Notes under the pieces: model-generated
Databases searched by the model: none
Told to the model about the DNA's origin: nothing
The model's input: only the letters and a program-made list of their open reading frames with translations
Shown: positions 56,412 to 64,000 of the stretch, piece by piece
Layout of the letters: each line of letters begins with the position of its first letter
How positions within the stretch are numbered: the stretch's first letter is position 1
Assembly: GCF_020627745.1 (NCBI RefSeq)
Contig: NZ_JAHDGE010000003.1
Span: 41,282-105,281, forward strand
Length of the DNA stretch: 64,000 nucleotides
Source of the DNA: Pseudooctadecabacter sp.
GTDB lineage: Bacteria > Pseudomonadota > Alphaproteobacteria > Rhodobacterales > Rhodobacteraceae
Reading direction: 5' to 3'
Program-made: the position numbers and the translations under genes

Positions 56412-56746
56412 TGGCGTATCGTTTGAACCGCCAACTGCTGCTGGAAACACCTGCACGGGTGGCGGATGGCGCGGGCGGGTTTACCCAAAGCTGGATGCCG
56501 CTGGGGCATTTGTGGGCCCATGTGGTCGCGCGCTCTGGCCGTGAGGCGGCGGGGACTGCGGCCCCGCTGAGCCGGGTGTCCTACAAGATTTTTGTGCGTG
56601 CGGCCCCTGTCGGATCGCAAGCGCGCCCGAAGCCGGATCAGCGCTTTGTCGAAGGCACGCGGGTGTTCCGCATTCTGGCGGTGGCCGAGGACGATACAGA
56701 CGGGCGGTATCTGGCATGCACCGCCCAAGAGGAGACAGTGGCATGA
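56411..56746 (+). CDS. GTA g7, head-tail stopper
   Basis: DGAGGF...W, RPKPDQRF...FRILAV. Confidence 0.92.
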   Translation: MAYRLNRQLLLETPARVADGAGGFTQSWMPLGHLWAHVVARSGREAAGTAAPLSRVSYKIFVRAAPVGSQARPKPDQRFVEGTRVFRILAVAEDDTDGRYLACTAQEETVA

Positions 56747-57153
56747 GCTATGGCGTTTCTGCGGCCCTGCAAGCGGCTGTTTATCAAGCACTTTCAGCGG
56801 ATGCGACGCTGGCCTCTTTGGTCGGCAATCACATTTATGACGCGTTTCCGGCGGGCACTTTGCCGCCCCTCTACGTGGCGCTGGGGCCGGAATTGGTGAA
56901 GGACCAGTCGGACAAGACGGGTGGCGGTGCGGTGCATCAATTCACTGTCTCGGTGGTGACTGACACCGCAGGCTTTGCCACCGCCAAGCAGGCGGCGGGT
57001 GCTGTGTCTGACGCGCTGGTCGATGCCGATCTGACCCTGAACCGTGGCACGCTGGTCGCGCTGAATTTCTACCGCGCCAAGGCAGTGCGGGTGGGTGCGG
57101 CGGATGAGCGGCGCATTGATCTGACGTTCAACGCCCGTGTGGCGGACGATTAA
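56743..57153 (+). CDS. GTA g8, tail terminator (DUF3168)
   Basis: MSYGVSAALQAAVYQAL, IYDA, YVALGPE. Confidence 0.92.
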   Translation: MSYGVSAALQAAVYQALSADATLASLVGNHIYDAFPAGTLPPLYVALGPELVKDQSDKTGGGAVHQFTVSVVTDTAGFATAKQAAGAVSDALVDADLTLNRGTLVALNFYRAKAVRVGAADERRIDLTFNARVADD

Positions 57154-57186
57154 ACCTTTCTTTCTAACCCTTACGGAGTACGGATT

Positions 57187-57603
57187 ATGACAGCGCAAAA
57201 TGGCAAGGATCTGTTGATCAAGATCGACATGACAGGTGATGGCCTGTTCGAGACAGCCGCTGGCCTGCGGGCCACGCGCATCAGTTTCAACGCAGAAACC
57301 GTGGATGTGACGTCGCTGGACAGCACTGGCGGCTGGCGTGAAGTGCTGGGCGGGGCCGGTGTGAAATCCGCCTCGATCAGTGGGTCGGGCGTGTTCAAGG
57401 ACGCCACAAGCGATGAACGCGTACGGCAAGTGTTCTTTGACGGCGAGACCCCGGATTTTCAGGTGATCATCCCTGATTTCGGCACCATCGAGGGCGCGTT
57501 CCTTGTGAGTTCCATCGAGTATGCGGGCAACTACAACGGTGAAGCCACCTATGAGTTGTCGATGACGTCCGCCGGCGAAGTCACCTTTGTGGCCTTCCCG
57601 TAA
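57187..57603 (+). CDS. GTA g9, tail tube protein
   Basis: AQNGKDLLIK, AGLRATRISFNAETVDVT, EYAGNYNGEATY. Confidence 0.95.
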   Translation: MTAQNGKDLLIKIDMTGDGLFETAAGLRATRISFNAETVDVTSLDSTGGWREVLGGAGVKSASISGSGVFKDATSDERVRQVFFDGETPDFQVIIPDFGTIEGAFLVSSIEYAGNYNGEATYELSMTSAGEVTFVAFP

Positions 57604-57938
57604 TGGATTTGGCCACGCAGATGCCCCCGGCAAACCCCTGGGCGGGGGAGGTGGCGCTGGTTCTGGATGGAACGGCGCACATCTGCAAGCTGACGCTGGG
57701 GGCATTGGCGGAGCTGGAGGCGTCTTTGCAGGCGGATACTTTAGTGGCGCTGGTGGCGCGGTTTGAAGCGGGCGGATTTTCCACGCGGGACGTTTTGGCG
57801 TTGATCGTTGCGGGCCTGCGCGGTGGTGGCTGGCGGGGATCGGCACGGGATTTGCTGTGCGCTGAGATCGAAGGCGGGCCGGTGCGGGCGGCGGAGGCGG
57901 CGGCCGAGCTGTTGGCCCGTGCCTTTGCCACACCATGA
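57603..57938 (+). CDS. GTA g10, tail assembly chaperone
   Basis: ANPWAGEV, LTLGALAELE, LLARAF. Confidence 0.9.
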   Translation: MDLATQMPPANPWAGEVALVLDGTAHICKLTLGALAELEASLQADTLVALVARFEAGGFSTRDVLALIVAGLRGGGWRGSARDLLCAEIEGGPVRAAEAAAELLARAFATP

Positions 57939-58153
57939 GCCGCGCAGCGAGTTTCGATTGGCCCGGTTTGATGCGGACGGGCCTGCGCGATCTGGGGCTG
58001 AAACCACATGAATTCTGGGCGCTGACGCCAGCCGAGTTGTGGCTGCTGTTGGGGCCTGAGGCGGGCGAGATGCCCATGGGACGGGGCCGGTTGGATCAAC
58101 TGGCGGCGGATTATCCCGACCGCGTTGCGGATGAAGGAGCGAGTTATGGATGA
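57935..58153 (+). CDS. GTA g10.1, tail assembly chaperone
   Basis: FDWPGLMR, LGLKPHEFWALTPAEL, YPD. Confidence 0.88.
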   Translation: MSRAASFDWPGLMRTGLRDLGLKPHEFWALTPAELWLLLGPEAGEMPMGRGRLDQLAADYPDRVADEGASYG

Positions 58154-58805
58154 CATCGACGGGTTGGACGCCCTTGAGACCGAAGCCAAGGCGCTGGAGG
58201 AAACGTTAGGGTCGGTGACGGCGATGACGGATGCCTTTGACGGCCAGTTGCGCCGGATGCAGGGCACTTTGGGCGACACCACACGCGATCTGGGCAATCT
58301 GGAGCGCGGGTTTTCGGGCGGTTTGCGCAAGGCTTTTGACGGGTTGGTTTTTGACGGCAACTCGCTGTCGGACGCGTTTTCGACCTTGGGCGAGGCGATG
58401 TCGCGCACGGTTTACAACAACGCGATGAAGCCTGTGACGGATCATTTCGGCGGCATTCTGGCCGGTGGGGTGAATGCGCTGGTCGGTGCGTTGATGCCTT
58501 TTGAGAAGGGTGGCGCGTTTTCGGGCGGACAGCAGCGGGCCTTTGCCAAGGGCGGGGTGGTCAACGGGGCCACGACCTTCCCGATGCGCGGCGGCACTGG
58601 CCTGATGGGTGAAGCGGGGCCGGAGGCGATTATGCCGCTGACCCGTGGGGCCGACGGCAGCCTTGGCGTGAAGGCGCAGGGCGGGCAATCGGTGAACATC
58701 ACCATGAATATCTCGACCCCGGATGTGGCCGGGTTCCAGCGGTCACAAAGCCAGATCGCGGCCTCCATGAGCCGCGCTTTGAGCCGTGGCCAACGCAATC
58801 GGTAA
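58146..58805 (+). CDS. GTA g11, short tape measure protein
   Basis: FAKGGVV, GLMGEAGPEAIMPL, FQRSQSQIAA; 219 aa. Confidence 0.92.
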   Translation: MDDIDGLDALETEAKALEETLGSVTAMTDAFDGQLRRMQGTLGDTTRDLGNLERGFSGGLRKAFDGLVFDGNSLSDAFSTLGEAMSRTVYNNAMKPVTDHFGGILAGGVNALVGALMPFEKGGAFSGGQQRAFAKGGVVNGATTFPMRGGTGLMGEAGPEAIMPLTRGADGSLGVKAQGGQSVNITMNISTPDVAGFQRSQSQIAASMSRALSRGQRNR

Positions 58806-58817
58806 GGGAGCAAGCAG

Positions 58818-59450
58818 ATGAGTTTTCATGAGGTACGGTTCCCCACGAACCTGAGCTTTGGCGCGCTGGGCGGGCCGGAACGGCGCACCGAGATTGTGAC
58901 TTTGTCCAACGGGTTTGAGGAGCGCAACACGCCGTGGGCGCATTCGCGTCGTCGGTATGATGCGGGCATGGGCCTGCGGTCGCTGGATGATGTCGAAGCC
59001 GTTGTTGCGTTCTTCGAGGCGCGGCAGGGACAGATGTTCGGGTTTCGCTGGAAAGACTGGGCGGATTTCCGATCCGCCGCACCCAAGGCGCAGATCACCG
59101 GTGAGGATCAGGTCATCGGGATGGGGGATGAGGTGCAGACCGCGTTCCAGCTGGTGAAAAATTACGCCTCCGGCACTGCGTCCTATGCGCGGCCGGTCAA
59201 AAAGCCGGTGGTGGGCACCGTATTGGTGGCTGTAGGGGGTGAAACCATGGTGGAGGGGGTCGATTATGAAGTCGATCATCTGACGGGTGTGGTAACCTTC
59301 AATCACCCTCCCGATCTGCAAGGCGAAGTCACAGCAGGTTACGAATTCGATGTACCGGTCCGGTTTGATACGGACGCAATCGTCACGTCTATGGCGACCT
59401 TTCAGGCCGGTGAAGTGCCGGATATTCCGGTGGTCGAGGTGCGGGTATGA
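58818..59450 (+). CDS. GTA g12, distal tail protein (DUF2460)
   Basis: FHEVRFP, GGPERRT, FFEARQG, FDVPVRFD. Confidence 0.93.
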   Translation: MSFHEVRFPTNLSFGALGGPERRTEIVTLSNGFEERNTPWAHSRRRYDAGMGLRSLDDVEAVVAFFEARQGQMFGFRWKDWADFRSAAPKAQITGEDQVIGMGDEVQTAFQLVKNYASGTASYARPVKKPVVGTVLVAVGGETMVEGVDYEVDHLTGVVTFNHPPDLQGEVTAGYEFDVPVRFDTDAIVTSMATFQAGEVPDIPVVEVRV

Positions 59451-60337
59451 CCGCATTTCAGGGACATTTGGACAGCGGCATCACGACGCTTGCGCGGTGC
59501 TGGGCTGTGATCCGTCGCGACGGGACCCTTTACGGGTTTACCGACCATGACGGACCGCTAACCTTTGACGGGATCACATTCAAAGCAGACAGCGGAATGA
59601 CGGCGCGGGCCATCGTGTCAGCGACCGGTTTGTCTGTGGACAATTCCGAAGCCATGGGTGCGCTGAGCGATGCGGCGATCACGGAAGCGGACATTGAGGC
59701 CGGACGCTTTGACGGGGCCGAGGTGAAAGCCTGGCTGGTCAACTGGGCCGATGTCGAGATGCGCAGCCTGAGATTTGCCGGATCCATCGGGGAATTGCGC
59801 CGCGCGGGTGGTGCATTTCATGCCGAGTTGCGTGGTCTGACCGAGATGCTCAACCAGCCGCAGGGACGGGTTTATCAAACGCCTTGCGCTGCGATCTTGG
59901 GCGATGGGCGATGTGGATTTGACGTGAGGTCCGACGGGTTCTTCGTTGAAACCGCAGTGGAGAGTATCGAAGAAAGCCGGCGGTTCGTGTTCGAGGACAT
60001 GACCGGTTTCGAGCCTGCATGGTTTGAGCGTGGACGCCTGAAGGTGATCACCGGGGAGGCTGCGGGCCTTGTAGCGATGGTCAAGCGCGACCGGTTTGTC
60101 AGGTCGCAACGCCAGATCGAAATTTGGGAGGCGTTCAGGACCCCAATCGCGCCCGGGGACATGATCGTCATCGAGGCCGGCTGCGACAAGCGGTTCGACA
60201 CCTGCCGGTCCAAATTCAGTAATGGCGTCAACTTTCAGGGGTTTCCGGACATTCCGGGCGATGACTGGCTGGTCAGCACCCCCGTCCAGAGCAAGACGGC
60301 AACGGGTGGCAGCCTCCGCAGGCTTTTGACCTCATGA
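59447..60337 (+). CDS. GTA g13, baseplate hub protein (DUF2163)
   Basis: GFTDHD, CAAILGDGRC, AGCDK...C...NFQGFPDIPG. Confidence 0.93.
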   Translation: MTAFQGHLDSGITTLARCWAVIRRDGTLYGFTDHDGPLTFDGITFKADSGMTARAIVSATGLSVDNSEAMGALSDAAITEADIEAGRFDGAEVKAWLVNWADVEMRSLRFAGSIGELRRAGGAFHAELRGLTEMLNQPQGRVYQTPCAAILGDGRCGFDVRSDGFFVETAVESIEESRRFVFEDMTGFEPAWFERGRLKVITGEAAGLVAMVKRDRFVRSQRQIEIWEAFRTPIAPGDMIVIEAGCDKRFDTCRSKFSNGVNFQGFPDIPGDDWLVSTPVQSKTATGGSLRRLLTS

Positions 60338-60777
60338 ATGCGATTGTTGAGGAAGCGCGAAGCTGGATCGGGACGCCCTACGTTCATCAGGCGGCCCGTA
60401 AAGGAGCAGGCTGCGATTGCTTGGGGTTGTTGCGTGGTGTCTGGTCTTCCTTGACCTCTGCGCCGTTGATCACAGTACCGCCCTACACCGCTGACTGGTC
60501 GGAACCGCAAGGTGATGAAAGGCTGTGGAGAGGCATTGCGGAGCGGCTGACGCGGAAAGATCGAGATGCCGCGGCCGCGGGCGATGTCCTTCTTTTCCGC
60601 ATGCAAAGTGGTGCGGTCGCCAAACATGTGGGCCTTCAGGCCCAGATCGGGCCATCGCCCACATTTATTCATGCCTATCAAGGGCACGGCGTCGTCGAAA
60701 ACGCACTGACGGCCCCTTGGCAAAGACGGGTGGTGGCCCGCTTCGCCGTCCCTGCACACTATAACACAGAGGTCTGA
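60334..60777 (+). CDS. GTA g14, NlpC/P60 peptidase
   Basis: WIGTPYVHQ, GCDCLGLLRGVW, KHVG, FIHAY. Confidence 0.94.
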   Translation: MNAIVEEARSWIGTPYVHQAARKGAGCDCLGLLRGVWSSLTSAPLITVPPYTADWSEPQGDERLWRGIAERLTRKDRDAAAAGDVLLFRMQSGAVAKHVGLQAQIGPSPTFIHAYQGHGVVENALTAPWQRRVVARFAVPAHYNTEV

Positions 60778-60781
60778 CATC

Positions 60782-63700
60782 ATGGCGACGATTGTATTAT
60801 CTGCAGCGGGCATGGCCCTTGGCGGGTCCTTTGGCGGCACTGTCATGGGCATCGGTATGGCGACCATCGGGCGCGCCGCCGGTGCCACTTTAGGACGGGC
60901 GATTGATCAGCGCCTGATGGGAACAGGCAGCGACGCCGTTGAAACCGGCCGCGTCGACCGGTTCAGGCTAACGGGGGCCAGCGAAGGGGCGGGAATGGCG
61001 CGCCTTTATGGCCGGATGCGGATTGCCGGACAGGTCATCTGGGCCACGCAGTTTGAAGAAACATCGCGGACCTCAGGCGGTGGCAAAGGTGCGCCCAAGC
61101 CGCCCAAGACCACCAGCTACAGCTATTCTGTTTCGCTTGCGATCGCGCTGGGCGAAGGGGAAATTTCACGCGTGGGGCGGGTCTGGGCTGACGGAGCAGA
61201 AGTCGCGCGCGACGATCTGAACATGCGGGTCTACACCGGATCAATGGATCAGATGCCGGACCCGAAAATTGAGGCGGTCGAAGGCGCGGGACAGGTTCCG
61301 GCCTATCGCGGAACGGCCTATGTGGTGCTTGAGGATCTGGATCTGTCTCAGTTCGGCAATCGCGTGCCGCAGTTCTCGTTTGAAGTGATGCGCCCCGGGC
61401 AGGGCGATGCAGCGGTTCATTCGGATATGGCTTCCTTGGTCACAGGCGTGGCATTGGTGCCGGGCACGGGGGAATACGCCTTGGCGACGACACCTGTCAC
61501 GGTGTCCTCAGGTTTTGGCCAGCGCCGGTCGACCAACGTGAACACGCCGTCTGGCAAGACAGATTACCTGACCTCTGTTGAGGCACTGGAAGAAGAATTG
61601 CCAAATTGCGGATCGGTCACGATGGTTGTGTCGTGGTTTGGCGATGACCTGCGGTGCGGGGAGTGTCAGATCAAGCCGAAAGTCGAGCAGACCGAGGCGG
61701 ACGGCAAAGAAATGAAATGGCGCGTCTCCGGTACGTCCCGCGCTGCAGCAGAACAGGTGCCCACCGAGGCTGGTCGCCCCGTCTACGGAGGCACGCCAGC
61801 GGATGCGTCGGTCATCGAAGCCTTGCGGGATTTGACGGATCGCGGGCAAAAGGCGGTCTTTTACCCGTTTATTTTGATGGAACAACTGGACGGCAATGGA
61901 TTGCCGGACCCGTGGTCGGATGCGGATAGCCAGCCGCGTTTGCCGTGGCGCGGGCGGATCACGACGTCTTTGGCGCCCGGCCAAGCTGGCTCACCTGACC
62001 GCACAGCAACAGCCGATGCAGAGGTCGCGGCGTTCTTCGGTGCCGCCGAGCCGGGCGATTTCACGATCAGCGGTGAAGATGTGATCTATTCCGGCCCAAA
62101 CGAGTGGTCGTATCGCCGGTTCATCCTGCACTACGCCCATCTGTGTGCGATTGCGGGGTCGGTTGACGCGTTCTGCATCGGGTCAGAGATGCGGGCGCTG
62201 ACGCAAATTCGTGGTGCGGTTGGTTTTCCGGCGGTTGAGGCAATGAAAGCCCTTGCCGCTGATGTGCGCGGCATTCTGGGGCCGGATGTGAAGATCGGCT
62301 ATGCGGCGGACTGGTCGGAATACCATGGCTACCAGCCCGTTGGCACGGCGGACAAGATATTCCACCTCGACCCGTTGTGGGCGGATGATGCGATTGATTT
62401 CATCGGTATCGACAACTACATGCCGCTGTCCGACTGGCGCGATGGGGAAGATCACCTCGATGCGGGGTACGGGTCGATCTACAACCTTGATTATCTGGCC
62501 GCCAACGTGGAGGGCGGCGAGGGGTATGATTGGTACTATCATTCCCAAGAAGCCGTCGAGGCACAGATCAGAACCCCGATCACGGACGGGGAGGGTGAGC
62601 CATGGATCTGGCGCTATAAGGATCTGCGCAACTGGTGGCTGCGGGCACATCACGACCGTGTGGACGGCGTGCGTGCGGCCTTGCCCACCGCGTGGGAGCC
62701 GGGGTCCAAACCTATCTGGTTTACCGAAATTGGCTGTGCTGCTGTGGACAAGGCCACCAATGAGCCGAACCGCTTTGTGGATCTGAAATCCTCTGAAAGC
62801 GGGCTGCCCCGCGCGTCCAACGGCATTCGCGATGACTACATCCAGATGCAATATCTGCGGGCGATCTATCAGCATTACGCGGACGAGGACCTGAACCCTG
62901 TGTCCGACGTCACTGGCGTGCGCATGGTCGATCCGGACCGTATCCATGTCTGGGCGTGGGATGCACGGCCGTTCCCGGCCTTTCCCGGAAACGGGGGACT
63001 GTGGTCGGACAATGTGAATTATTCGCGAGGCCATTGGATCAACGGGCGGGCGGCCTCACGGTCTTTGCCGTCTGTCGTGGCTGAGATTTGCGAAGGGGCA
63101 GGGATCACGTCTTACGATGTGTCTGCGTTGCACGGTGTGGTGCGCGGCTACGGCGTAGATGATGTGACTACCGCGCGATCTGCTTTGCAGCCCCTGATGG
63201 TGGCCTACGGGTTTGATGCGATTGAACGGGACGGTGTTTTGGTGTTCCGCACACGCGGGGCGCGGTTGGATGCTGATCTGGACCGGTCACAGCTGGTCTA
63301 TGAGGCTGACGCGGAGGGCGCGATTGAGTTGACACGCGCGCAGGACGCCGAAGTCGCAGGCCGCGTGCGGTTGGGCTTTGTCGAGGCGGATGCCGATTAT
63401 GAGGTCCGCACGACCGAGGCTATTTTTGCAGATGATCGGGGGCTGACGACGTCAGCGTCGGAACTGCCGCTGGTTTTGACCAGTGCCGAGGGGCAGCGCA
63501 TTGCAGAGCGGTGGTTGTCAGAAGCCCGCGTGGCGCGGGATACGGCACGGTTTACGTTGCCTCCGTCCTTGATGAACGTGGGCGCAGGCGATGTGGTCCG
63601 GTTGCCGGACGAGCATGGTGACGGTCTGTTCCGGATTGACCATGCGGAGCAAACGGACCGGCAGGCCCTTGAGGCGGTCCGGATTGAGCCTGCGATCTAT

Positions 63701-64000
63701 GAGCCGCAGGACGTGACAGAGAAGACCTTTAATCTGCGCGATTTCGTGGCGCCTGTACCGGTTGAATTGATGCTGATGGACCTGCCGCTTTTGCGCGGGG
63801 ATGAAGACCCTGTCGCGCCCTATGTGGCTGCAGCGGGTGTGCCTTGGCCGGGCAGTGTCGCCGTCTATTCGGCACCGCAGGATGCAGACTATCAGTTGAA
63901 CCGGCTTTTGCCGGCGGCCACAGTCATGGGGCTGACGACGACGAGTATGACCCGCGGATGCCCAGGTGTGATCGACCGCGGGCCGGGTCTGACAGTGGAA
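60782..64000 (+). CDS. GTA g15, baseplate multidomain protein (megatron), 3' end beyond window
   Basis: Not in the ORF track because it has no stop in the window; MATIVLSAAG...GRAIDQRL start, PAYRG, IGSEMR, YAADWSEY, IWFTEIGC glycoside-hydrolase-like segments. Confidence 0.93.
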   Translation, partial: MATIVLSAAGMALGGSFGGTVMGIGMATIGRAAGATLGRAIDQRLMGTGSDAVETGRVDRFRLTGASEGAGMARLYGRMRIAGQVIWATQFEETSRTSGGGKGAPKPPKTTSYSYSVSLAIALGEGEISRVGRVWADGAEVARDDLNMRVYTGSMDQMPDPKIEAVEGAGQVPAYRGTAYVVLEDLDLSQFGNRVPQFSFEVMRPGQGDAAVHSDMASLVTGVALVPGTGEYALATTPVTVSSGFGQRRSTNVNTPSGKTDYLTSVEALEEELPNCGSVTMVVSWFGDDLRCGECQIKPKVEQTEADGKEMKWRVSGTSRAAAEQVPTEAGRPVYGGTPADASVIEALRDLTDRGQKAVFYPFILMEQLDGNGLPDPWSDADSQPRLPWRGRITTSLAPGQAGSPDRTATADAEVAAFFGAAEPGDFTISGEDVIYSGPNEWSYRRFILHYAHLCAIAGSVDAFCIGSEMRALTQIRGAVGFPAVEAMKALAADVRGILGPDVKIGYAADWSEYHGYQPVGTADKIFHLDPLWADDAIDFIGIDNYMPLSDWRDGEDHLDAGYGSIYNLDYLAANVEGGEGYDWYYHSQEAVEAQIRTPITDGEGEPWIWRYKDLRNWWLRAHHDRVDGVRAALPTAWEPGSKPIWFTEIGCAAVDKATNEPNRFVDLKSSESGLPRASNGIRDDYIQMQYLRAIYQHYADEDLNPVSDVTGVRMVDPDRIHVWAWDARPFPAFPGNGGLWSDNVNYSRGHWINGRAASRSLPSVVAEICEGAGITSYDVSALHGVVRGYGVDDVTTARSALQPLMVAYGFDAIERDGVLVFRTRGARLDADLDRSQLVYEADAEGAIELTRAQDAEVAGRVRLGFVEADADYEVRTTEAIFADDRGLTTSASELPLVLTSAEGQRIAERWLSEARVARDTARFTLPPSLMNVGAGDVVRLPDEHGDGLFRIDHAEQTDRQALEAVRIEPAIYEPQDVTEKTFNLRDFVAPVPVELMLMDLPLLRGDEDPVAPYVAAAGVPWPGSVAVYSAPQDADYQLNRLLPAATVMGLTTTSMTRGCPGVIDRGPGLTVE

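Larger units (their letters stand above)
50675..64000 (+). mobile_element. RcGTA-like gene transfer agent head-tail cluster (g1-g15), continues past window
   Basis: Complete RcGTA gene order, short tape measure, no integrase/replication genes, host-like GC, located after fabF-mltG. Confidence 0.95.

Noticed and set aside
57900-57960. Programmed -1 frameshift between tail chaperones g10 and g10.1
   Set aside because: No X-XXY-YYZ slippery heptamer seen at the junction; the genes are joined by an ordinary ATGA overlap.
50675-64000. Prophage interpretation of the phage-like genes
   Set aside because: No integrase, repressor or replication genes; gene order, short tape measure and location match RcGTA.

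Overview
A GC-rich (roughly 60%+) chromosomal segment from a Rhodobacteraceae/Roseobacter-group alphaproteobacterium; this assignment is inferred from gene content and order. It is mostly core genes: an RND efflux pair, yfgM-bamB-der, serS, yajC with a fused secDF, ccmABCDG, acnA, purB, bioY, glnB-glnA, tRNA-Leu, tig, rpsF-rpsR-rplI and fabD-fabG-acpP-fabF-mltG. It ends in an apparently intact RcGTA-type gene transfer agent head-tail cluster (g1-g15) that runs off the right edge. Accessory items are a three-subunit cobalt nitrile hydratase/thiocyanate hydrolase-like enzyme, an orphan fliG, a luxR-luxI pair with a divergent HTH-less AHL-binding protein, the DMSP lyase dddP, a cNMP-EAL phosphodiesterase, a membrane-anchored PilZ protein, a degenerate stand-alone Hint protein and an orphan DUF2235 lipase. 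Non-coding signals include several CtrA-type boxes, tandem NtrC-type sites, a family of about five dispersed ~30 bp intergenic repeats, a terminator in the GTA leader, and a nested RNA structure directly after the GTA capsid gene. All calls come from reading the sequence and recognising motifs; no searches or folding programs were run.
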